From NCBI GenBank assembly GCA_951406725.2, contig OX597833.1, positions 71,424,001-71,488,000 on the forward strand: a stretch of 64,000 nt of DNA, written 5' to 3'. Below, piece by piece: positions 42,350-54,324 of this stretch (positions within the stretch are counted from its first letter, which is position 1; every line of letters starts with the position of its first letter). Source of the stretch: Octopus vulgaris. Lineage: Eukaryota. A program made the position numbers and the translations under genes. The notes under the pieces are model-generated. The model ran no database searches and had not been told where the DNA came from. It saw only the letters and a program-made list of their open reading frames with translations.

Positions 42350-42640
42350 GCACAACTTAGCCAGGTTCCTGTTGTCTCCCTTCCCGCCAACCTCTCTCTT
42401 CCGGTGAATTCAAAATGTGAAACCGTTAATCCAGACACGTTTGCTTTTTTTTTTTCTCTATCCATTTTCTTTCCTTTCTCCATTATTTTCTCTCCTCGTT
42501 CCTTCCTGTAGAAGAGCATAGGCCCGAAACGTCAAAGACTTTCTATTTTCCTGTGCATTGAACTGATATAGCTTGTTTCTTGTACCATCGCTCCGGCCTG
42601 TCTTCTGCTTCTTTCGCTTTTCTTTAATAAATTTCGAGCC
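42350..42640 (+). mobile_element. Penelope-like terminal repeat with degenerate hammerhead
   Basis: CTGTAGA-AGAGCATAGGCCC-GAAACGTC at ~42506-42533. Confidence 0.55.
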
Positions 42641-42729
42641 ACTTAAACATGTGATAATATTTTCCGGCCCCACATATTTTCCTTATTTGATCTTTGAGCA
42701 AAGTTAGTTTACACACACACATACATACC

Positions 42730-42794
<65 letters not shown>

Positions 42795-42799
<5 letters not shown>

Positions 42800-42983
42800 A
42801 TCCAAACAAGAAAGCACCAAAAAAACACAACGCGAGGACGTGGAACAAATATAGTATTATTGGACGCTCAGGAAAGAAGGAGGGTTTAACGTTTCAAGCG
42901 GATCTCTTCGTCGGAAACATAGGAGAAGGAAAGATCCAGAGAAGGGAAGACACAGGGAAAAAATCGCCAACGGTACACACGAG

Positions 42984-42985
<2 letters not shown>
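42795..42985 (-). mobile_element. Penelope-like terminal repeat, copy 1
   Basis: Reverse complement of 43540-43710; carries GTTT-CCGACGA-AGAGATCCGCTT-GAAACGTT-AAAC. Confidence 0.75.
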
Positions 42986-43014
<29 letters not shown>

Positions 43015-43149
43015 AAGAATAACGAAAAAATGAAGAGGTAATTAATAAAATTATTTATTAATTATAAAATATGACAACATCTCTGACAGCTGTTTCGATT
43101 CAGAAATCTTTAGATAATTAATTTATAGAATTAAAATCATTATAAGATG

Positions 43150-43320
43150 ATACGCACACATACATATATACAAATATATACGCACACATACATATATACA
43201 AATATATACAACGGGCATCTTTCAGTTTCCGTCTACCAACTCCACTCACAAGTGTTTGGTCGGCCCAAGGCTATAGAAGAAGTCACTTGCCCAAGGTGCC
43301 ACGCATTGGGACTGAGCCCA
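43150..43320 (-). mobile_element. SINE A fragment, local duplicate of ~43930-44060
   Basis: Shares private variants (ccaactccactcacaagtgttt, gaagaagtcact) with the neighbouring copy. Confidence 0.8.
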
Positions 43321-43493
43321 GAAATACATGTTTTAAAAAATAACGACTATAAAACCGTTAACTGATAGCATATATACAAAGAGAGCCGGTTACAGAAGGC
43401 CTCAGTGTTACATAGAACTTTCTATAGACAGGTAACCAACCAGTATATTCATTGGATTTATGATCCCTTAATGGGGTTTATTACCTTTACTTG

Positions 43494-43539
<46 letters not shown>

Positions 43540-43710
43540 TTTTTTTCCTCTGTCTTCCCTTCTCTGGATCTTTCTTCCCCTATGTTTCCGACGAAGAGCT
43601 CCGCTCGAAACGTTAAACCCTCCTTCTTTCCTGAGCGTCCAATAATACTATATTTGTTCCACGTCCTCGCGTTGTTGTGTTTTTTTGTGCTTTCTTGTTT
43701 GGATTAACTT
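43540..43710 (+). mobile_element. Penelope-like terminal repeat, copy 2, with minimal hammerhead at 43584-43618
   Basis: GTTT-CCGACGA-A-GAGC tcc GCTC-GAAACGTT-AAAC. Confidence 0.75.
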
Positions 43711-43726
43711 TATATATATATATATT

Positions 43727-44122
43727 CTTTTGTTCTTTAACTTGATTCAGTCATTTGACTGCGGCCATGCTGGGGTGCCGCCTTTTAATCGAAAAAATCG
43801 AACCTGGGACTTATTCTTTGTAAGCTTATTACTTATTCTATCAGTCTCTTTTGCCGAACCGCTTTGTTAAGGGTACGGAAACACACCAGCATCGGCTGTC
43901 AAGCGATGTTTGGGGGGAAAAAACATACATACGCACACATACATATATACAAATATATACAACGGGCTTCTTTCAGTTTCCGTCTACCAACTCCACTCAC
44001 AAGTGTTTAGTCGGCCCGAGGCTATAGAAGAAGTCACTTGCCCAAGGTGCCACGCAGCGAGACTGAACCTGCACTATGTGGTTGGTAAGCAAGCTACTTA
44101 CCACACAGCCCCTCCGGCGCCT
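43727..44122 (-). mobile_element. SINE family A, full length
   Basis: Complete reverse-complement copy. Confidence 0.9.
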
Positions 44123-44753
44123 ATTTACATACACACATACATACATACATACATATGTACGTCAGTACGTATGTATATATCTAATTCCACTAAATTATAT
44201 ACGCATGTATGTATGCATGTATACTTGTATGTGTACATATATGTAAAAATGTATGCGTATGTATGCGCAATGTCACTAAATTTCAAAAGCTATCTTGTGT
44301 GTGTATATATGTGTGTGTGTGTGTGTGCATGTATGTATGTGCGCATGTATGTACGCATGTATGTATGCATGTTTGTACGTATGTATGTATGTATGTATGT
44401 GTGTGTGTGTATGCAACATGTGTATACGCACATATACACACGCTCGCGCGCGTCTGTATAGTTCCACTAAGTCTCTGCACTACAGAGCAGAGGGGAGACT
44501 GGGATATTGGTTTCACTTGTGTCTCTCCTTAAGGTCAGGAGCAGAGCAGCATAAATAAACAATGGCCTTCGGGGAATTTAAAACCTCATTTGTAGACTTC
44601 ACTCAGCAGGACACTGGATCTTGCTCACGAGTGGAGCTTATTCAGGGAAGTTAATGGACAAATAATGGACAAATATTGTGTGTGAGTAGATTGCGAATGT
44701 GCACTCGACTTTTCCACGTGCCGAGGATGTTCTAATAAATATTAGTGCGTGAA

Positions 44754-45168
44754 AGGCGGCGAGCTGGCAGAAACGTTAGCACCCCGGGCGAAATGCTTAG
44801 CGGTATTTCGTCTGCCGTTACGTTCTGAGTTCAAATTCCGCCGAGGTCGACTTTCCCTTTCATCCTTTCGGGGTCGATTAAATGAGTACCAGTTACGCAC
44901 TGGGGTCGATATAATCGACTTAATCCGTTTGTCTGTCGTTGTTTGTCCCCTCTGTGTTTAGCCCCTTGTGGGTAATAAAGAAATAGGTATTTCGTCTGCC
45001 GTTACGTCCTGAGTTCAAATTCCGCCGAGGTCGACATTGCCTTTCAACCTTTCGGGGTCGATTAAATAAGTACCAGTTACCCACTGGGGTCGATGTAATC
45101 GACTTAATCCGTGTGTCTGTCCTTGTTTGTCCTCTCTGTGTTTAGCCCCTTGTGGGCAATAAAGAAAC
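44754..45168 (+). mobile_element. SINE family B dimer
   Basis: Full unit followed by a 5'-truncated unit; flanked by a 17-bp imperfect TSD AAATATTA(G/A)TG(C/T)GTGAA. Confidence 0.9.
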
Positions 45169-45579
45169 AAATATTAATGTGTGAATGAAGGTTATTAATG
45201 TATGCCTTTGTGTATGTATTTTGTGTGTGTGTGTGTGTGTGTGTGTATTTGTGTGTGTGTGTGTTCGCAGTTGTATTCAGAAATGTGGAAATGCTCCTAT
45301 AAGCTAATCATTTGCATATATATATTCTATCGGTTCGTAGCTCGTGTTTCGCCCGTGTATATTTCTGAAGGAAATTAATAATATCGATTTTCTTTTTCCG
45401 TGGGTATAAGGCTTCGAATCCATAACGGAGGGTGAGGTGGCGGGTGCTGGACCGACGTTGACGACGCCGGAGCCAAGCGACGCAGGTAAAACGAAATGAC
45501 TGCAAAACCCACAATGGGGACGGGTTGGTGGGTTCGACTTCCGGTTGGCACCACTACGAAGAGGGAAACATGTGCTTTC

Positions 45580-45915
45580 TTTTCTTTTATGCTTGTTTCA
45601 GTCATTAGACTGCGGCCATGCTGGGGCACCGCCTTGAAAAGTTTTGTGCAAATGAATCAACCCTAGTAATGGTCATTTTTTAAACCTTGGAACTTAATTC
45701 ATCGGTGTTTTTGCCGATCTGCTAAGTGACGGGGATGAAAATGCACCAACACCAGTTGCCAAGCGCTGAAGGAGGGGCAAACATACACACACACACACAC
45801 ACTTACATACACACACACACACACACACGATAGGCTTCTTTCAGTTTCCGTCACAAGGCTTTGGTCGGCTCCGAGGCTATAGTAGAAGACACTTGTCCAG
45901 GGTGTCACGCTGGGA
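45580..45915 (-). mobile_element. SINE family A, partial
   Basis: Tail and middle match family A. Confidence 0.8.
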
Positions 45916-46081
45916 AGCGGCCCAAATACTTCCTGGAAACTGTGTGGAAGTCGGAGATCAAGATTACCATTTAGCGTTATCACTGCTATTGTTGCAATTA
46001 ATTATATGTATATGCATGTAAATACATATATGCATATGTGTGTGTGTGCGTATATATATTTATATGTGTGTGTGTGTATAT

Positions 46082-46113
<32 letters not shown>

Positions 46114-46248
46114 TTATACATATATACATATACATACATACATACATACATACAAACGTTCATATAAGTTACAAATGCTTCAGTACCATCTCCATTTCTA
46201 AATGAAAAATCACATATTTGTAGGTTTAGACATTGGAGAGGCACTTCA

Positions 46249-46306
<58 letters not shown>

Positions 46307-46931
46307 CATACATACATACATACATACATACATACATACATACATACATACATACATACATACATGCATACATACACACACACATACAAACATACATGCA
46401 TACCTACATACTCATAACGTCTATATTCCCCATGGAATTTTAACAATTTCGTATCCCTTCTAATTGCGAAGCCTCTCATGAAAACGTACCTACATCTACA
46501 AAATAAGTTCTAAGAGAAACACCACCACCACCACCACCACCACCACCACCACCACCACGAACACCACCACCGAGGACGACGACGACGACGACGAAGAGCG
46601 AAGCGTTGAAGGCGGGTCATTTGCATAATTATGAAAATAACACATTAAACATAAAACTCCTATGTGACACACGCATATACTCAACATGCATGCGCGCATA
46701 CATACGTACATCTACCCCCCCCCCCCATATATATATGCATATACACGCTCACATACATACTTATATATATAATATATATTCATAGGCACACAGGTATATA
46801 TATATATACTTAGATACGTACTTGATATACACATACACTTGCGCACATGCATGGACGTGTATGCACCCGCGTATGTGTCATCTTCTCTTCTCCCATATCT
46901 GCTGAACTTCCTGACCCTTGCAAAGAGAAAG

Positions 46932-47675
46932 GGGTTCTCCTTACTGCTGAAACCCAGATTGTTACAAGCATTTAAAATTATGTAATTTTAGCCAATCGGA
47001 AGCCTCCGTTGCCGGAGATGTCGGAAGTTGTGCCTGTTTGTTCTCATGGGAACAGCACAAACGAAACCCTTTCTGGGCCCCACGGGTTGATATTAAATCT
47101 ACTTTCCTTTTCCTTGTATTAAAATTGTAAACAAAGTTTGCAATTCTATCATGGCGGTGGCGGCAGAGAAAGAATTAGTCACCAATGTTTTTATTGTATG
47201 GAATGTAGTGTTGAGACAACGATGATGGTATTTTCCTTCACCACCAAACATTGTAAGGCAATTTTGTCATAAAAAAAAAGAGAAAGTGCATTTAATATCG
47301 ATCGGTAAGTATTTTAGGAGAGGTGAGTTCGTTAAAACATATCCGTGGAGAGTGACTTTAATTTAGATGTGATTCGTGACACTTAACAAATGGAAAGTAC
47401 TTGGGCCTGTCTCAAGCGAAAAATTAAACAATACTATGGCACAAGATGTGATCCTTTTTGTGTTTTTAAACGTACTGGTGTAGTTTAAGGAAGATTTGGC
47501 TACTATTTCTAACAGGTCGAGTGACTACGTAAAGGTTTCGCGTGTAGTGTTCCCGTGGGGATACAGCCACGACTTCCGGGACTGCCGGTAATAGAGGCTT
47601 CCGATTGGGTAAGATTACATAATTTTCAGCTATTGTAATATTTTTTATTACCAATTTCATTAGGCAAAAAGATCC
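46932..47675 (+). mobile_element. Decayed Merlin (IS1595-like) DNA transposon
   Basis: ~110-bp imperfect inverted repeats (46961-47072 and 47531-47640); 'T*QMESTWACLKRKIKQYYGT' at ~47381-47443 resembles HTQ.IES.W..LK; right end AAAAAGATCC. Confidence 0.6.
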
Positions 47676-48269
47676 CACCTGAACCACATTTATTGAAAAT
47701 AATCTGTTGAGAATTTGAAAACCTTGATTGGAAGACATTTAGCAAGAATTCTAACCGTGACCTTCACGTATTTTTGTAAGGAAACGTCTATAAGACTCCT
47801 TAATTCCCTGTGTCCTCTCCATCTGCAAGATGTTAAATTATGCGATGATTATATTTCAAGTGAGATCTGTCTACCATTTCTAGCAAACCCTGTAACCACT
47901 TAAAGACACCCCTCCCACCGCCGTCGCTCTAGAGGTGATGGATAAAACGTTTTAAACTCCTAAAAAGGATACAGATGTGACAAGATGGCGAAAACCCAAG
48001 AAATTTACTGAAAAAGAAAAAGAAAAAAAGACATTAACTGTCAACAGTCAATGATTAATTTTCCTTTTCTTTCTCTTCTCTCCCCTCTCTCCCTCTTCCC
48101 CCCTTTTCTTTGTTTTTTTTCTCCCTCTCTCTTTTTGCCTCTCTCTCCCCCTCTCTCCTTGTTTATTCTTTATCTCTTTTTCTTATGTTATTCTGTGAGT
48201 TTTTCTTTTCGATCCTTACTGCCTTTTTCTGCATGCCTCTCTCTCCTCCCCTTCTTTCCGCCTCTCTCC

Positions 48270-48302
48270 CTATCTATCTACCTCTCTCTCTCTCTCTCTC
48301 TA

Positions 48303-48375
<73 letters not shown>

Positions 48376-48578
48376 ATCTATCTATCTATCTATCTATCTC
48401 TCTCTCTATCTATCTACCTCTCTCTCTATCTATCTATCTGTCTGTCTATCTATCTATTATCTATCTATCTACCTCTCTCTCTCTATCTATCTATCTACCT
48501 CTCTCTCTATCTATCTATCTGTCTGTCTATCTACCTCTCTCTCTCTATCTATCTATCTACCCCCTCTCTCTCTCACTT

Positions 48579-48614
<36 letters not shown>

Positions 48615-48658
48615 CCTCTCTCTCTATCTATCTACCTCTCTCTCTATCTATCTGTCTG

Positions 48659-48689
<31 letters not shown>

Positions 48690-48734
48690 CCTCTCTCTCT
48701 CTATCTATCTATCTACCCCCTCTCTCTCTCTCTT

Positions 48735-48773
<39 letters not shown>

Positions 48774-48775
48774 GT
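48270..48775. repeat. Compound (CT)/(ATCT) microsatellite with higher-order duplication
   Basis: Directly visible. Confidence 0.95.
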
Positions 48776-49279
48776 CCGTCTCCCCCTCTGTGTGTGCGTG
48801 TGTGTATCTTTCGCTGTATTTCACTCAACTAAAATAATTCCTCTCCCTCTCCTCCCACCTCCATTATTCTCTCTAATCTTCTCCCTATTATTCCTCTTTC
48901 TTTCTCCCCCTCGTTCTCCCTTCCTCCCTCCCTTTCCCTCCCCACCACAACTTCAGTATTTTTTTTTCTTTATCTTTCTCCTAGTAATTATATTTTTTTT
49001 GCTTCCTTACTTCGCTTTCTTCGCTTATTTTTTTAAATAACGAACGACTCCTCAGTTTTTACTTTCTCATTTCCCTGCACCTCCACCACCGCCACCGCCG
49101 CCGCCGCCATATTTCCCTCCACTACCTCCATCGCCAACACCACGACCAATCCCACTACTGTCACCCCTACCCCCGCCACTACATCATCCCCCTCACCAAC
49201 CCTATCACCAGACGGGTTTCGCGGGGTTAGTGGTATCGTGTATGATTTAACAGGGATATATATCTATATAGGAATATAT

Positions 49280-49343
<64 letters not shown>

Positions 49344-49689
49344 TGTGTGTGAGAGAGAGAGAGAGAGAGAAAGACTGAAAGAATGAGAGAGAGTGAGAGA
49401 GAACACGAAAATAGGGGGAGAGAGAGAGGTTTAAAACTGATGCTTTCAAGTTTTGTGCCCCTGAATACAATGTGTGCCTATAATGTGTGCCATGTATGAA
49501 ACCGCAGGTGTGCCGCGAACGTCTCCTTTTTTGTTCTCTCTCTTTTTTATTTTTTTAGATGAGTCAGAAAATGCCTGGATATTTGCAAAAAGTTGAATAT
49601 TTTTTACGGCACCTTTAACAGCTGAAAGTTGAGTTGATAAATCCTGCTGGTTTCAATATGGCTGTGTGTAGAGATAAAGGAAGAAAGAG

Positions 49690-50106
49690 GAAGCCAGGAT
49701 TAAGTACGACGATTTATTCAATCCGTTAAAAGCATTAAGACGGCAAAGCTGGAAAGATACATCTTGAAGGAACGGCCAGAAAATGTACACAATGGTTTCC
49801 AAAGGCAGTTGGTACATAACGATGAATAGAACAGGAAACGCAAATACGAGATACAACTTCTGCTGGAGGCCAGGAACCATGTATGCATCGAAGGAAGAGT
49901 TGAGGCTGGCGGCGAAATAACTGCTCTCTGCCAAAGATCAGAACTCCATCGTGCAAAAACCCACCTCTCTGCAGAAAATAGCAGGAAGACTCCCCCTATG
50001 TGGCTGAGGGTAGCACGCTTGGCTGGTCTGTCGCATGATGGGGTGGACATCCCGCGTAAAGCTAGAGGGACTCGACCCTCACGTGATGAAGCAAAATGTG
50101 GATATT
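49690..50106 (+). mobile_element. Decayed RTE/RTE-X-like LINE 3' fragment
   Basis: Fragmentary similarity to the 'L.FAGH..R..E...GRP..Y' region. Confidence 0.4.
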
Positions 50107-50121
50107 TAAAGGTAAAGAACC

Positions 50122-50353
50122 TTTTTGTTTACCACTCACAAGGGTCTAAACATAGAGCGGACAAACAAGGACAGACAAACGGATTAAGTCGATTACATCG
50201 ACCCCAGTGCATAACTGGTACTTAATTTATCGACTCCGAAAGGATGAAAGGCAAAGTCGACCTCGGCGGAATTTGAACTCAGAACGTAACGGCAGACGAA
50301 ATACGGCTACGCATTTCATCCGGCGTGCTAACGGTTCTGCCAGCTCGCCGCCG
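50122..50353 (-). mobile_element. SINE family B, full length
   Basis: Perfect 15-bp TSD TAAAGGTAAAGAACC (50107-50121 and 50354-50368). Confidence 0.93.
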
Positions 50354-50457
50354 TAAAGGTAAAGAACCGTTCTGTGAACATGCATGCTACACAGCGTAGC
50401 TTGTTTCTTCGCTTGTGGCAAAATGCAATGAGCACATCGATCTCTGTTTAAACGCTC

Positions 50458-50570
50458 GTGTATCAATACCAGCGCAGGTGACAACGTTTCTCTGAAAGAA
50501 ATGGAGAAACTTTCAAAATACAAAGACCTGGAAATAGAGGTAACCAGAATGTGGAACCTAAAAACAGAAA
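50458..50570 (+). pseudogene. R4/Dong-like LINE restriction-like endonuclease fragment
   Basis: 'DNVSLKEMEKLSKYKDLEIEVTRMWNLKTE'. Confidence 0.85.
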
Positions 50571-50762
50571 TTATATGTAAACTTTATATCAGATTTTGAG
50601 CATAAGATAATTTCTGTGGCTTTGGTTGAGCTCATAATCCAGGTGGTAAGACAGATGAGTGATGCAAACCAAGCTGTTGAATTCCTTGAGAAGATTAACG
50701 AAAAGGTTAAAAGTAATGAAGTAGCAAAAATCTTAATGTTAACCACTGTTGCAACTTTAAAA
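50568..50762 (+). pseudogene. PSMD13: Intronless fragment of 26S proteasome regulatory subunit 13 (Rpn9)
   Basis: 65 uninterrupted codons KLYVNFISDFEHKIISVALVELIIQVVRQMSDANQAVEFLEKINEKVKSNEVAKILMLTTVATLK, colinear with PSMD13 as recalled ([65 protein letters not shown]); in-frame TAA just upstream. Confidence 0.88.
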
Positions 50763-50784
50763 TCTGCACAAAAAAAAACACAAT

Positions 50785-51188
50785 AGGCGCAGGAGTGGCT
50801 GTGTGGTAAGTAGCTTGCTAACCAACCACATGGTTCCGGGTTCAGTCCCACTGCGTGGCATCTTGGGCAAGTGTCTTCTACTATAGCCTCGGGCTGACCA
50901 ATGCCTTGTGAGTGGATTTGGTAGACAGAAACTGAAAGAAGCCTGTCGTATATATGTATATATATATATATAAGTGTGTGTGTCTGTGTTTGTCCCCCTA
51001 GCATTGCTTGACAACCAATGCTGGTGTGTTTACGTCCCTGTCACTTAGCGGTTCGGCAAAAAGAGACCGATAGAATAAGTACTGGGCTTACAAAGAATAA
51101 GTTCTGGGGTTGATTTGCTCGACTAGAGGTGGTGCTCCAGCATGGCCACAGTCAAATGACTGAAACAAGTAAAAGAATAAAAGAATAA
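50785..51188 (+). mobile_element. SINE family A, full length
   Basis: Complete copy. Confidence 0.93.
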
Positions 51189-51329
51189 TACAAAAGCTAA
51201 TACAACAGAAGACTCAAACGAAACCCCATGACAAAACATAGTGATACAGTACAATATCCACCCCCAAAAATGCACCACACCACAAGCACAAAGGTGCAAC
51301 AAATGATGCAATAGAAAGTTGCTTAACCA

Positions 51330-51723
51330 GTTGGGATTGTCCTTTAGGAGCAGATTTGTGCGTCTCTGACTACGAGCAGAAGAAGCAGGGGAGCATCATA
51401 GCCGTGTGCTGAGAGGAATTCTTTGGGGTTTCGAGAATTCACCTCTGGAAATATGGATGTTTCATTCATCATCCTTAAACAAACCTTATTCAGGGACCTT
51501 TTGAGCAGGATGGTTACTCAACCTGAAGAAAATTCAAACTGGGCCCCCCACCTGCAAAGTCGTGCACTGTTTATCTTGATATGAGATCACCATGTCGCGC
51601 ACATATGGTTGTGATGGCATGTGCCTGGTGTACCCTTATCAGATGGGTAATCATGATGGGTATATTGGGTTTCGTATATTTTACCCCAGTGTCACTTTGA
51701 TGGTATGCACTGCTCTCTCACTC

Positions 51724-51768
<45 letters not shown>

Positions 51769-51770
51769 CT
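51330..51770 (+). mobile_element. (AAT)n-tailed retroposon family F
   Basis: Matches 18581-19045. Confidence 0.85.
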
Positions 51771-51896
51771 GGGAATGCATACAATGAGCTTCTCTGCCCT
51801 AGGTGTATGGAAAACACTCGGCGAGAAAAGGAAGAAAATTTGAAGAAAGATGGAAAAATAATAATAATAATAACAACAATAATAATAATAATGATA

Positions 51897-51927
<31 letters not shown>

Positions 51928-52229
51928 TGATAATAATAATAATAATAATAATAATGATAATAATAATAATAATAATAATGGAATTATCTCTTGAAATACA
52001 TCTTATGTTAGTGTTGAAATGAATAACACATTGTAGAAAAAATGTTTTCCTGATTTCTGAAGTCTTCCACTGAAAGAAGTCGGTTTAGTCAGAATCAGAG
52101 TGTTTTTGGAATCTGTCAAAAGACACAACAAATCTTCAAAACGAACAGGATGCTTTGAATGGTGATAAATTTTAGGATAAAAAAAGAAAATGATTGAATT
52201 TTAATGCAGACAACCGATGAATTACTGTG

Positions 52230-52810
52230 AAATTTGATGCTGTTTGTCGCTCGAAAATTCCTCCATATTAAGTTTCAGACTTTTTGATGCCAATAAACAT
52301 GACATTAGCCAAATAGGCATCGGTCAATTTTGTTCTCAAATGGTTGTTGGTGAGCTTCAGTTTTTGAAAATAATTGCCCATACAGACGACTACTGGTCAA
52401 ACAATGATTGCCAACTTTTTTTGCATGGATAGCTAAGTTTGGATAATTCCCTCTTGGATGAATATATTTTCCTACAGAAGTCAAGCACTGACGCATCTTT
52501 CCAATGAAATTCCGATCGCAATTCGTCGTCGTCCTGCTTCATTTCAATCAATTTCATTTGATAATTTTCTGATGCATTGTTCACGTCCACATCAAATGCG
52601 GTAATAAACGGCTTCAGTTCATTCATTTGCAGGCAAGCGAAAATCAAGCAAAACGAAAATGAGAATTCTTTTCTTAATTCTTGGACCAGATTCACAAAAA
52701 TACTTGGATCCTGTCCTTTCACTCATTTCAAAACTAAGAAAATGTCTACAATTACCTTTTTGAAGTTGCTTTTCTCACAAATGCAGCTTCTCTTTCTGAT
52801 ATCACAATAT
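52230..52810 (-). pseudogene. hAT transposase C-terminal (dimerization-domain) relic, GTF2IRD2/SPIN-like
   Basis: '[35 protein letters not shown]...DF' then 'YPNLAIHAKK...QLFSK' across frameshifts. Confidence 0.75.
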
Positions 52811-52821
52811 GACCAAGGATG

Positions 52822-52908
<87 letters not shown>

Positions 52909-52917
52909 ATCTATCTA

Positions 52918-52954
<37 letters not shown>

Positions 52955-52970
52955 TTACCTATTTACCTAT

Positions 52971-53091
<121 letters not shown>

Positions 53092-53251
53092 AATTGAGAT
53101 AGGGGTTGTAAATGCAACCCACCATGGGATAACGTATATCCAATATACTGCCAGTGGTACCCAACAAAGTTAATACATAAATGTTAATGATTGCGATGCA
53201 ATTAATTCATTTATTGTATTATATGGGCAAAGGTAAAATGATTTACCACAA

Positions 53252-53486
53252 ATTCATAATACAAAATAAGAAAATGGAGAAATACATCTAAATCAAATAT
53301 CAATCACCAGATAATACTCAATCACATACTTTATTAAACCACCACATAAGAGACTGTTCTGCATTTTTATGTTTAACCCTACAGTCTCTTATGTGGTGGT
53401 TTAATAAAGTATGTGATTGGGTACTATCTGGTAATTGATATTTGATTTCGATGTATTTCTCCATTTTCTTATTTTGTATTATGAAT
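53252..53486. repeat. Long inverted repeat, 106-bp arms, 23-nt spacer
   Basis: Arms 53252-53357 and 53381-53486; 4 differences counted by eye. Confidence 0.95.
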
Positions 53487-53530
53487 ATATATATATAACC
53501 AAGAAAAAAGTAACAAGAATGGATCAGTAG

Positions 53531-53618
53531 TTTAGTACAATTGTTTCATACTAAGAACATTTTATTTAAAGCTGCAAATATTACAGCAAATACAAATGTC
53601 CAGTATTCATTAGCTAAA
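53531..53618 (-). ncRNA. Type I hammerhead-like motif with enlarged loop 2 (core mutated)
   Basis: Minus strand: TTTAG-CTAATGA-ATACT-(~49 nt)-AGTAT-GAAAC-AATT-GTA-CTAAA; all three stems pair; G5 is A. Confidence 0.6.
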
Positions 53619-53798
53619 TCACATATAGGTTTTCCAAACATCCTAGAAAGTGTAAATATCCTTATGAAGTTTTAGGAGTGACTTCTATGAATTTGAAGTA
53701 AGGTAATAAGCAGACTTTATATGTTTTCCAACAATGCACAGTTTTTAAAAAAATGATTATTAACTTCTCAGAGAAGGTAAATCCATTCAAAAAGATGC

Positions 53799-53875
<77 letters not shown>

Positions 53876-54324
53876 TTTTCTTCAGTTCTAAGTCATTCAA
53901 GTCTTGGATTCTCGTTGTCCTGGGTGCACTCCATGAATTCCTATCTGTTTGGTAGACATCAGCAAATAAATGCTTTGCTGATTATGTGTATTGTGGTGGT
54001 GCGATGTGGTGTGTTACACGGTGATCGCCATGGAAAGCAGGACTTGGCAAGAATTATTGTTTTTGCTGTTGTTTAACCCTAGGTTGGTTGTGATTGAGTA
54101 GACCACCGCTGAAATGTAATCTTGTCACGACACTCTTGTCATTTATTCAAACTAAGTGTATCTAAGACTACATTATCTAATGTGTCTACCTTTTATTTTT
54201 AGCGACAGAGAAGTGGTTCCCACATCTTTTCTTCTTTGTTTCTTGTGGCTCATTTTGGAGTAAATAAAATAGTTCAAGGGAAACTGTAAAGAAGTTCGTC
54301 AGATGGATTGCATCTTTTATTTTC

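Noticed and set aside
49435-49650. Possible hAT MITE (gtgtgccgcg motifs); also the right-end-like GGTTGAGAATCACTG at ~54847
   Set aside because: Matching termini and TSDs could not be identified.
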